A stretch of DNA of 64,000 nt from Anthoceros angustus (Eukaryota > Plantae > Anthocerotophyta), in assembly GCA_010909165.1 (NCBI GenBank), contig VJWM01000313.1, forward strand, positions 1 through 64,000. The letters are read 5' to 3'. Position numbers and translations under genes: made by a program. The notes beneath the pieces are model-generated. The model was not told where the DNA came from. It did no database searches and saw only the letters and a list, made by a program, of their open reading frames with translations. Shown piece after piece: positions 1-10,846 of this stretch. Each line of letters starts with the position of its first letter. Position 1 is the stretch's first letter.

Positions 1-90
1 GCCTTGCTCCATGACACAAAGCGATTACGCGGGTCCTACCCTATTAGACTTGAAGGTGGCGCTTCGCTACGACCGAAATCAAAGACACAT

Positions 91-3000
91 TGTGGAAGAC
101 CACATGTACACTAACCCCTCTCTGAAGTGTCGGGATGAACGATTTTTTTTGTTTTGGGTGTGTTTGTATAGCAAAGTGCTTTGAGAATCGCTTGGGTAAG
201 GCCTTTTATACGGGAATGGTCCTTGGCCCTTGGAGATAATAATTTTCTTTTTTTCGGACCTTAGGTTTCGACCCCGGATAGGTAGGTCGGAAATAGAGTC
301 CTTGGGTTTTGGTGATTTTGGAAATAAGAAAGTGTCTATATATGCTAGGCTCACAATATGCCACAGTTGGGTAGTCAAGTGGAGGTGGGTTCCACCACGG
401 TGGCGAAGCAGGACGTCTGAGACCGGGGGTTTACAACCCTAGTGGCGGGCGGGGTGCAGTCGGTCGGGCCTGGCGAGAAGGACACACCAGCCTGGGTCGC
501 AATTTCAGGCGGGGCGTCGGCGGGCTGACAAGCTGGGCGCGCGTACAGCCTGGGAGTCTGTTTATTTGCGGGTAGAAGCAGTGCGTGTCAGTCGGCGGTG
601 GTGGAGGGAGAGCAGTGGCGAAGGAGGAAAAGGAGAGGCAAGGCGCCGGTAGAGGGAGTGGAAGAAGCGTGCAAGGGTGGTGTTCCCTTTTACCGTCTGC
701 GGTGGGTCGAGTTCTTTTTGAAACAAGGAGGAAGGAGATGGCGCCCAGGTGGCGAAATCCCACCTGTGTGGCCCAACATGGACCTTTGGAAGGTGAGTGG
801 CAACTGGTGCGAGGCTGGGCTGGAATTTATGGAGAAGAAATGGTGTTCTGACGGTGACATTGGTGCAAAGTCGACAATTGAGAACCAGTGCAAGAGGCGG
901 CCGAGGAAGAGCGCAAAGCGGGATTTGGGGCTCTTCGAGGTGATGCGAGAAGCATCGGAGGATGGGAAGCTTGGTGGTGACCCCGGAGAAAGACCACGAG
1001 GCTGCAGCGCTCATGAAACTGGAGAAGTGAGGGTGAACAATGGATGGGTGACTCGCCAACTCGTGTATGCCTTTGGTGGGATTAGCCAAGTGGATTTTGT
1101 GTTTCTGCGACAGGAAGTTGGATCATATGGCGGACCACTTCACGGTCTTTCTTCATGAGGTGGTTAAGGGTACACAAATCGATTGGGGAGGATGATCTTT
1201 GAAAGAGCCTGTGAGAGAGGCGAATTTGCTCTCCCTTCCTCGGCCTCCTTGATTTCACCTTTTCTAATTCATGTATTCGCGCATTAGGGTGTCTAGGAGT
1301 TGGGTTGTATACGCCCTTCATAGCTGAAACCGGTCGGGAACTCAAGGTAGAGGAGGAGGAGTGTAAGGAGGATTGGGAAGGATTCTAGCGATTGGGAATC
1401 GCCTCCCTAGAAGATTCGGATGAAGGTGGGGAGGTTTCCAAGGGCAAGAAGCGGAGGCGGCAGTGAGCAGGGGTCGGGAAGGAAGGGCGGCCCGTGAGAA
1501 GAGGAACCTGACTACACCTAGGGTCACGGTCGAAATCGGCAGTGAGGCAGGTGAAGGAGGAGAAAATAAAGGAAGCAAGTTGTCCCCCTCAGGTCGGGGA
1601 GGTCGCCGCTAGGAGATTGGGCGGAGGAGAGTGGCAAACCAACCCCTAGAAGAAGAGGTTAGTTTCGGTGACCAAGTCGCGAGACTCGGACATTTTGGCG
1701 ACATTTCAGCCCGTCCGGTGAAGTGGAGATAGGTGACACCGCTCGCGTCACGAGGAATTGTTGTGGAGGGAATGGGCAGGGCAGCCCAATTCGAGGAATC
1801 TGCAGGCCGACTTGACCATGGCTCGAGAGGCGGATCTCCTCGAGCGCCATGGCTCTCACACAGGCGAGTGTCAGGGGACAGGAGAGTTGCTCAAGGAAAG
1901 TTGGAGGCACAGGCGAGAACAAGGTGGCGGAAGGGCCTTGAGGCGGAATCTGGCGGCCTATACAGGCACGAGGCGGCTAAGGGCCATGTCCACCCAGGAG
2001 GCCTTAGTGAATCGTCAAGGCGCATGCTACAATTGAGGAGCTTCAAGATGAGGTCTCGCGAGTCCAGGGGCGGTGGAAACAATGGCGCCTCAGAAATTCA
2101 AGAAGGCGGACAAGCGAGAGAGGGCTAGGGCCGAGTCAAGAGGCGCCAAAGCAAGAAAGAAGGGACCTAGAGGCCGAAGCAACCGTGGGAAGTAACCACC
2201 ACGGTGGCTAAAAACCACCGTCGCGGAAGGAGGCAGGTGGGGAAGCCAGCAGAATACCGCAGATGGGAGGCGGATCCCACAGAAACCCAGCCGGGATTGT
2301 CCACAGGAGGAGGTAGGACCTCAGTCGGAAGGCGTATTGTGCGGCGTCGGATGAGGATGCTCATGTCACAGCCTGCACATGGTGGCAGGTGCTCACTCTA
2401 AGCGTGTATGTGGTTGGGACGGGGAGGCGGCTCTTGCACATCTTGGCCACAGTTTACCAGTGTTCCTTGAATAGGCTGGCGCCTACCCCATGAGTCTTTG
2501 GAGGAGATGGCGGGCGGAGGCGAGCATGGAGGAGAGGAGCACTATGGGCTGTCCCGGTGAGGAGGCGGGACAACCGGATGTAGAGGCCACAGGCGCGCGC
2601 CCAGGCGCGGGAAAGCCATGGCGGAGGCGAGTGGAGGTTTGGGGAAAATCGGATCGGGCGTGGCGTGAGAGGACTATGGGCGTGAGCTAGGCCAACCAGG
2701 CGGCTAATTTTAAGGCGACATCATAGGTCCAGGGGTTTCCTTTTGGGGTTAGGGGATAGGGTGCGAGGCACTGTGTGGTGGTAGGGGTGCTCGTGGAGCT
2801 ACAATTTTTAGACCTTTGGAGAAGTGTCTGAACATGACTAGATGTATAAGAGACCCTAGTGTCTCTCTCTTAACGACGATTTGATGTGAACTTGTGTATC
2901 GAATCCTCGGGGTTGATTGGAGCGTCGTGACCGAACAGTTCGGCATCGTTTCTCGTCACAAGAAGGCGGGAAGATCCTGGATGGTCGAGGCGGAGTGGCC

Positions 3001-3723
3001 AAGCTCACGTTTGGGAGACAATTGGTGGCGTCCTGTGGAGCAGGGCAAAGGTTCTGCGGAAAGTCGGGTGAGATCCGGTGAATCGCCAAATCTTGTGATC
3101 CTCCTCTGTCCCCTCCTAGGAGGCTCCATCAGGCGTGTTTAATTCTATGAGGGGGGTCTGTGTGGGGGTGAGTCTGTGTGTGGCACGAGAAAGGGAAGAG
3201 GGTATCCATGTGTGGGGAAAGGTTCTTGGCGAAGGGGTGGCGTGCGGCAGGAAGGCGGGGAAAATCGTGTGCGTTTTGAAAGCGGGGTGATAGAAAAGGC
3301 GGCGAGTGGCAGGTCGGTGAGGGTCGGCGCGCGAGATTTCAGGTGTCGGGGAGTCGTGGTGCCTAATTTCCGGAAGTTAGGGCGGACTTCCACTGAGAGG
3401 TAGACCGGTGTGAGTCTAGGTGTGTGTGTGTGTAAAGCCATAACTCGAGACCTCGCCGGGAGGCGAGTGACAACGACAATGGCGGCCCGTGGTGGAGTGC
3501 GCTCGGTGGTTGAATCAACCGCTGCGGTGGTGAGCACCACGGTGGTTGGGATCTCCCGCAGTGTTTTTGGTAGGGTAAAGATCGGTTGTGGTAGGTCTAG
3601 GACCCGTGGTTTAGAACATCTTGACACAAAACCATTCCCTTGGGATCGAATCCTAGGACTATAGCGACATAGAGGGTAATGTGGCCTCTTTGCGCCTTTG
3701 GGACGCAGAAACCCCATTCCACA
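91..3723. mobile_element. 3.6-kb solo LTR (or LTR-derived element) inserted in gypsy pol, copy A
   Basis: Termini TGTGGAA...TTCCACA (7-bp inverted, TG..CA) and 5-bp TSD CACAT at 86-90 and 3724-3728. The paralogous empty site is at ~51875-51900. No second LTR or gag/pol motifs seen inside. Confidence 0.85.
430..1345 (-). pseudogene. Frameshifted ORF of unknown function inside the solo LTR
   Basis: Fragments 1082-1345 and 562-1089 read as globular protein ending ...WDFATW...FQKEL...KGNTTLARFFHSLY. This resembles the C-terminal motif of the gypsy-LTR ORF (DWGTIMYEA...KGQGCYLSTYLVHLW). Confidence 0.45.
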
Positions 3724-4250
3724 CACATGCAGTACCATACAACCAAGGCCTGCCTATCAAAACCTTGTAGCCTAAATCTGAAACCGGCCGCATCACAATG
3801 TAAGTGAGGTGGAAGGTGACAACACTCCCAATGGCTTCCTTCTTGTTTGGTCGGCCATCCGCAAAAACACTCGGGCTGGGTGGAACTCAGTGAACCCAAG
3901 TTGATGAGCTGTCTCCTCCGTCATCAAGTTGACTCCCGATCCGAATCCAATGGCACATTGGGCACCAAGCATCCTGCAATTTCAACCTCAATCTCGGGTG
4001 CCCCCAAATCAACAAGTTCGACCACATTTACCTCCGTCGGCCGTTTCCTCACCCCCACTACTTCAGGGATTCCTCTGATCGCTTCCTTCACAATTTTGCG
4101 GGATCTCGGACTCACATTGTAAGCAAGCTCTGGCGACCATGGTCAAGCAATGCGTCGTGGCCCGGAGATCTTATCGACAAGGATTCCTCCCCGTTTGCAG
4201 CCCTGACGCTGGTCGGCTCCGACCTTATTGGTAAAGTTCCTGATTCCATG
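3724..4250 (-). pseudogene. Ty3/gypsy aspartic protease region (element X, 5'-truncated), copy A
   Basis: ORF 3924-4115 ...GAPEIEVEIAGCLVPNVPLDS(G) is retropepsin-like. Homologous to 51880-52380, which continues into gag; homology stops at ~4250. Confidence 0.75.
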
Positions 4251-4686
4251 GTCCCTCACATCGGGTGGGGCCGGAGAGGCCGCCATTCGCCACCGCTCAC
4301 GAGGTGTCTGATCACAGAGGCCGGCGCTCCATGCAATATAGGTGCTCTCGTGGTCGATTTGCAAGGCGCCATGGCCACACGCATCAACCAACACCTATCA
4401 TAGATGGATTGCAACGGGTTTCCTATGCACCGTTTTGGTTGGTAGATGGGCCATGGGACATTATTCCGCTTATTTTAAGCAATTGATATTCCATGGTACT
4501 CATATTGGGCTATCTAGGCATTTCCGTATTCATGTTTTCCTTGTATTTAGGTATTTTCTTAAAACATATTTTTGGAAATGTTTTTCCTCTAGCTTAATTC
4601 ATTTCTTTATGAACTTAAGTTTGGAGTATGTTCTTAAGCACCTAGTTTCCTATTAGTGGGAGTTAGGCTATGTCGCTTAGCTCTTT

Positions 4687-4841
4687 AGGTAGCTAATTTT
4701 CACCCCTACTTCATAGTGAGTGAGTGATGAAAATGTTTGACATGTTAGGGCCCTATTCATAAGGTAGCTAATTTTCACCCCTACTTCATAGTGAGTGAGA
4801 GTGATGAAATATTTGACATATAAGGGCCCTATTCATAAGGT
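4687..4841. repeat. Two tandem copies of a ~75-bp unit
   Basis: 'aggtagctaattttcacccctacttcatagtgagt...agggccctattcata' starts at 4687 and 4762; also at ~35136-35291. Confidence 0.9.
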
Positions 4842-4933
4842 ATCCTTTAAATTATAGAATTAACATTATTTATTTCTTAGGGATACAACTAGTTTAATTA
4901 GTTACTTAATTTGTTATTTGGTTACAACAATCT

Positions 4934-5973
4934 ATAACATGTGGGTGGAGAGGGTTTCTCCGGTGACCCCATTTTACTGCCTTGAACTCTGGATGCCAAA
5001 TTGCAAGCTGAAAAATCCGTATTGAAAACAGCAGTTTTGAAGAGTTTAGGTCTTATTAACGCATTTACAAATGTATTTGATTTTAAACTTTATCAAATTC
5101 TGAGGTATCCTAAAAGAAGGCCACTCTCACGACCAGCGTGTACCAACGTTCTGATTTTAAGGCCTCTGCTTTCATTACGATCAAACAAGTTTGCGCAACA
5201 ACTTTTCACTGCCTCAATCCTAAGACTATACTCTCACTATGTGAATTCTATAGGACTTTGTTTCTCAAACATTGGCACGATAGTATCTTCATTGATCTAA
5301 TGCTCTTGATCCGCGTGCAATGCAAGAACGAGATTGGTATGGTAGACACACGACTTGAGGTGGCGCCCAAACGTCTCAAGATTCAAAAGAATGGTTCTCA
5401 CTACTAGTTCAAAGCTTTGATCACTACAAGAAAAGATGAGGGCTAAGTCAAGATGAGGACATATTCAAATTAGGAGGTGCACAAAAGGGTTGAAAACACC
5501 AAAAACTTTTAAAACAACAATATTAAAAAATTCCAAAATGCATGCGAAAAGGCCAAAATTTTATAGCAAGTGCACTCCCGAGAACCTAAAATTGTTTTTT
5601 GGGATGTATTTGTATGTTTTGGATTTTTTCTTTTTTGTGCAAATAGGACTCCGTTGGGTTCGCAAACCTATCTGCACTCATCTCGTTCGTCTGTTTTCTA
5701 ACAAATGCTTGTATGGGATGAAGGCGGACATGCGAAATAGCTTATGGATGGTTCTCCTTATTTTCACCCCTTCAAAATGCGGTGTCCACCCATGGATGCG
5801 GTACATTGTGACCAAATGAAAATGAGGTGTGGGGCGACTTTGAACACCACATTTAAATTAGCAAACACTCTTAAAAAGCCAAAACAAAAGGAATCGCATT
5901 TTGCCCAAAAAAGCAGCGGATTTTAGCCATAACTCCTTTTTGGCGGAGAAACCCCTTTCTACCCAGAGGTTAT
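4934..5973. mobile_element. ~1.04-kb non-autonomous TIR element (MITE-like) upstream of SAUR, copy A
   Basis: Left end ataacatgtgggtggagagggtttctccg vs reverse complement of right end ataacctctgggtagaaaggggtttctccg. Flanked by tct(ataac) repeats. It splits a sequence that is contiguous at 7495-7655. Confidence 0.75.
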
Positions 5974-6389
5974 TCTATAACCACTTAGTTCGTATAAATA
6001 TTATGTACTTTTCATTATGATAATCAATGCATAAGTTCCTTTGAGCTTGTCCTTGATTCTCGTCATGACTTCGTGCATGTTAATCAAAGCTGCCGGCTAC
6101 ATACACATCGCCTCTCCTTGTCCTATGGTCCTGTATGTAGCTGCCTACTAAGAAGCAAAGCGCTCTATAGGAGCAAGGCCATACACGCACATGCTTGCGG
6201 TGTCACATAACGAAGGCAATAGATTTGGGTAGAGCCATGCCCTCTTCTTGCACACAATGGAGGAAGGTCTAAAGGCCATCGGATATCCTTACATACGGAC
6301 TTGATAAAAGCATGTAATGAGGTGCCTATTTGATCAATTGATTTGTTGATTGATTAATGCATATATTTTCTTTTCCTTCTATTTTGGTA

Positions 6390-6560
6390 GATCACGTGAG
6401 ATCAAGATCCAAGGAGATAATTGTACGCTATATATGTATGTGCTAGTGGAAAAGACTATCATAAAAAGTAGTTACACTTCTAAGATAGTATGTTATACAT
6501 GCATGTCTTAGTATGAAAGACTACCATAAAGAGTAATTCCTCACTATATATACGTATATC
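6390..6560 (+). promoter_or_regulatory. Putative SAUR proximal promoter: G-box CACGTG (6393-6398) and TATA-like ctatatata (~6544)
   Basis: Motifs lie about 100-260 bp upstream of the ATG at 6655 and are present in both copies. Function is inferred from position only. Confidence 0.35.
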
Positions 6561-6654
6561 ATAGCAAGAAAGATAATATATCATATAAAGTGAGTATACA
6601 ATTCTTGCAAAACATTAGCACTTGTTCTTGCAGCAAGCAATTTGATAGTTCAAA

Positions 6655-7176
6655 ATGAAATCAAAACAAAACTCCATGAACTTTCTAAAGCCGTTGCTGG
6701 GTCTTAGAAGTAATGCATGTGATGAGGATAGCAATGGAAAAGAAAGCAAGAAGCCTATGAAAGGGTACATAGTTGTGGAGATGGGGGATGAAAGGATTAG
6801 GTTTCCTCTTTCAATGGACGAGCTCAACCATGCCTTGTTCATGCCCTTATAAGACTATACAGAGGCTGAGTTTGGCTTTCTTCAAAAAGGCAACTTGCGT
6901 ATTCCTTGCAATGTAGAGTTGTTCAAGAGATTGCTTCAATTTATCAGGAGTAAGCCACCGATACCAACTTCAACCTATCAAAGCATTCTTCATTATCATT
7001 GCACGAAGTTGGCTTTATGTCACAAGTGTCGGGGAGCTGACAAAAAATTATTGAGTAGATTCCTCTTTCATAACGTTGTAGTCCCTAGTAGTTGTGCACA
7101 CGTAATGATGGGAGAATATGCAAACATGAGAATCAAGGTTGGAAGAATATGCGGACGGTGTGTCAAATATGCTTAG
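6655..7176 (+). pseudogene. SAUR: SAUR (small auxin-up RNA) family gene, copy A, with an in-frame TAA at 6850-6852
   Basis: Read-through gives KPMKGYIVVEMGDERIRFPLSMDELNHALFMPL*DYTEAEFGFLQKGNLRIPCNVELFKRLL, matching the Auxin_inducible consensus (PKG..V.VG.E..RF......LNHP.F..LL...E.EFGF...G.L.IPC...F..LL). Intronless. Copy B has TTA at the stop position. Confidence 0.9.
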
Positions 7177-7494
7177 TTTCAACTCGTTTGAAAAGTTAGC
7201 TTAGCCATAATTTTATTACTTTATTTTCAAAACGAACCTCCTAGAAATATGAAGGTAGAAAATTGTAAGTTAGATTTTTAAGTTACAAGACTTCATGGAG
7301 GTCTGGCAACACTCCATCACTTCCATGGTGAACTACTGCCACATGTGTGGTAGATCTACTGGGCCGAGCAAGAGAACTTGACGAGACGTGATATTAACAT
7401 GCTCACGAAAATCGGGGCGGCGGACCGCCACATTGTTTAGTATACAAAGTACATAGATTTGGTGTTGAATGATATTGATATTTTAGAAATTAAA

Positions 7495-7655
7495 ATTATT
7501 TAATCTTTAGGGCTAGAAGTAGTTTAATTGATTACTTAATTGGTTATTTGGTTACAACAACCTATAACACACCTACTTCACACAAATATTATGTACTTTC
7601 TATTATTATAATCAATGCATAAGATCCTTTGAGCAAGTCCTTGATTCTCTTCATG
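7495..7655. repeat. Diverged direct repeat of SAUR upstream sequence (4860-4938 plus 5974-6070)
   Basis: 'gttacttaatt.gttatttggttacaacaa.ctataac' and 'aaatattatgtacttt...atcaatgcataag.tcctttgagc..gtccttgattctc' occur on both sides of the SAUR. Confidence 0.8.
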
Positions 7656-10600
7656 GTTTCAGAGCCATGATTTTTGTACTAGTGTAGAGGATACATCCTC
7701 TGTATCATCAATGACACATATTGCAAGATGCCAAAACCTAGGACTTTGACGCGGTCCACGCTAATGTGTGATATGAGGGAGGATGTCAATAACACCACCG
7801 CCCATTTTGGACTCATCTACTCGGACTGTCGAGAGGGCAAAGCTTAGCAATTTCCTACGTGCACTGCCACTCCGATGCTCACTATCCAATCAACGGAATC
7901 GCGTAGCGTCAATCGAGATCCTGCTTCACTCCACAACTCACTCGGTGTGGTAAGAGCTTCTAGATCCTTTTCAAAACGGAGATGACTAGACAAGCAAGAT
8001 AAGCACAATGAACTTATGAACTGCTTTTCCTCGTGCTTGAGTGCCTCCGTGGGTCAAGGTACAGATGCCAAAAAGTTGCTACTATCCAGAGATGTTGCTG
8101 CCTGTTGATGCCGTGTTTAGGGTGTGGTAGGGAAAACCCGGGGCACTCCCGAGACTCTCCCACTATAGCGGCCACACTTATCCCACTGTCACTTCGTACG
8201 TTGGGTTTCGTCCCATGAGACTTGTGTGAAAGTTCGAGGCCTTGCGATGGTCGCTACTGCGAGACACAACTTCTCGACCTTCTAAAAGCAAGGCGCCCTC
8301 TACTCACCCTCTTACAGTGCCCTGCCTTTGCTTGAAAATCGCCAATCCTCGACCTACAACGACCCACAATTGCGAGGTCACGCCTCGGCGAGAGCCTATC
8401 ATGGGCGCCCAGGGACCCCATGATCCACACCGCAATTTCGTCCCTACTTCTAAGACCACTCTTCTCCACTCAGGGAGCGCCCTTTTACTTGCAGATTTGG
8501 GATTCGTCCCTTAGACTCTGCCTGTGGCCTTCCACTAACACCTACACCTCTAATCCTCTACTCATCTCCTCATCCTCTTCCTCCTATTCTAACCTCAGTT
8601 CGGGCTTCTTGGCTTCTTGCACGGCTGCACAGGGTCGGCCTCCACCGGCAAGTTCTTCCTTGGGCGGTTGCTATGAGTTTGACACCAGTGAGAACCTCCG
8701 AGTCTTTCCTGTAGTCTACCCTCAAGCCGAGTTCCACAGGCATTGCCACACCCAAAGCAAAGCAATTTCACAACCATTCACAAGGAGCAACTCGTTTAGG
8801 CACTTGCAGGAGCAAGTCCTCCACCAAACACTCCGACCACGACTTCCTCTCTACAGACTGCGTTGGCTCACGGTAACGAAATTTCCTGTAATGGCAAAGG
8901 ACTCGATGAGTGGGCGCAAGGCGTGATACTTTACTTTGTGAAATCCTCCTCCTCTTATAGGAGGCCTTCCACATACAACCTCCCTTAGGTGACCCTCTGC
9001 GGTCACCTTTTCCATTCTATTATTTCCTACACTTGACATTTAAGGCGGCATCTAAACTATTATGTCTAGTTGGTAAACTCTATTCTAGCAATTTTACCTA
9101 AGATCATCCTTAAAGGATGTCGACTTACATCACATCCTTTCTATTCTTCTATCTAGCATTTATGGTCTTTGACCATATCTAGTCTTCCTTCTTTGGGGGC
9201 GTCCGTTGTGGATTGGCTCCCTCGCCCTTTTGCTCTTGCCCTTCCCTTGTCATCTTCCCAATGTGTGGGGCAAGTACAATCTTGCCCTTCCTCCTCTCAG
9301 GAGGCTCTGGTCCTCATCATCCGACAATCGCCCCCTCAGCTCGGGCCTTTTCTCGCCTCCGCGCTGGTCGCGCCTCATCGCACCCTACAGCGGTAGTCGG
9401 CGGACTACGGTGGTGACCTACCATGGTAGTCTGATCTTCCTCTTCTCCATCGGCGATGCCTCTCGGGTTGGAATCTTCTTTGCTCTTTTCCTCTTGTTTG
9501 GTTTGTCCATACCTATCATGGAGCATCTTCAAAGATTCTTCCCCCCTCAATTGTCAGCCGATTTCCACTAATCCTTCCGGGTCCTTTTCGCATCAGCCTC
9601 CTCTCTTGGCTCGGGCCCTTCCCTCGCTCGTGGGGTGAGGGAACTTCTCACCCTCCTTCTCGTGGATCCGTCACTTCTCCTCGGTGGGGTTGTTTCCCCA
9701 CCTCCTCTTCTTTGGGGTGTGTCACTACCCCGGCTCCTTCATTCCCTCGGACCCCAGCGGCCGCTCCCCGGCTCGCTGCTTGCCCCACCCGGTAGTGGCG
9801 GACTAGGCGTGGGGTGTGTCTACCACGCAGTGAGTCAGCGGACTACCGTGGTAGGCATCACCTCGTGGTAGGTGACCCCCAGGAGGCTCCCCTCCTTGCT
9901 CTTCACGCCATCCCTTGGCTGCGGTTCCTCCTTCCTTGACTCCCCAGTTCCTCGAGTCCATGTCACTTGCCTCGTCAAAGTCGGGGCTTCCTGCACTGCT
10001 GCGGCTCCTTCTGTCATCATCATGAGGACCCTATGTCCTCCTCTTGGCCAAGCCAAGATCTCATTGGCCTTCAAAATCTATTGTGGATGGGCCCCAAGCT
10101 ATGATCTTGCATTTGGAGATCATCAATCTCCATAGGCCACTCTCCATCCTCACACCTACCCTTGTAGGCATCTCTCTTGATGGTCAATTCTCCCACCTTG
10201 ACATGGAGGTCACATTCTCCTCCTTGCTTCTTTTGGTGGGCCAATTTTACGAAGGGCATAGTCGCCAAAATCTCCTCTTCCTCACCACCGGCATCCATGT
10301 ACCACCTTCTTGTGGTGCTCCTCTTGGAACCTCCTTTGTTCCAGCTTAGCCATTGCTCGTCTCTCCTTCTCCACTTGCCACTCACTTCCCTCGCTCTAGC
10401 TCTTGTACTGATCTTGAGCCTTTAGCTCCGCTTCTCTTCCAAATTGAACGGGTCCATGCAATTCTTCTTCCATGTCCGGATCTTGATGGCTTGTAGCCAT
10501 CACACCTCTTGCGTCCAATTCTTTGGACGCTACCTTCTCCCTTAGAGCCTCGTTTTGCCCTTCGCTCTTGCTCTAATTGGGCAAAGTGCTCCTCCATATC

Positions 10601-10846
10601 TCCATGAGTCCCTTTGGGTTGTGCGAATCTCCTCTTTGACCTTCCCTCAGGACCTTTTCTCCGCTTGATCCACAAGGTCGTTGGAAGTTCTCTGACCTTC
10701 TCCAGCTTGGCTGCCTTCTCGTCGGACTCCATGGCTTCTGCCACTTGGTCCTGCTTTCCTCCGGCCATGTCTTGGGCTTTCACTTCTCTTGGCATGCCCA
10801 CAAGGCTGCTAGCTCCTAGCCCCTTCAAATCCACATGGTGAGTGCT

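Noticed and set aside
598-1158. Plus-strand 186-aa ORF as a gene
   Set aside because: No recognisable motif and not preserved in copy B; probably the antisense shadow of the minus-strand LTR ORF.
3418-3433. (GT)n microsatellite and scattered TTTAGGG heptamers
   Set aside because: Too short or isolated; not a telomeric or satellite array.
4687-4841. CRISPR-like array
   Set aside because: Only two adjacent ~75-bp units, with no unique spacers and no cas genes.
6070-7500. Canonical AuxRE (TGTCTC) and DST elements around the SAUR
   Set aside because: No exact TGTCTC found by eye in the proximal promoter; ATAGAT matches are isolated and unconvincing.
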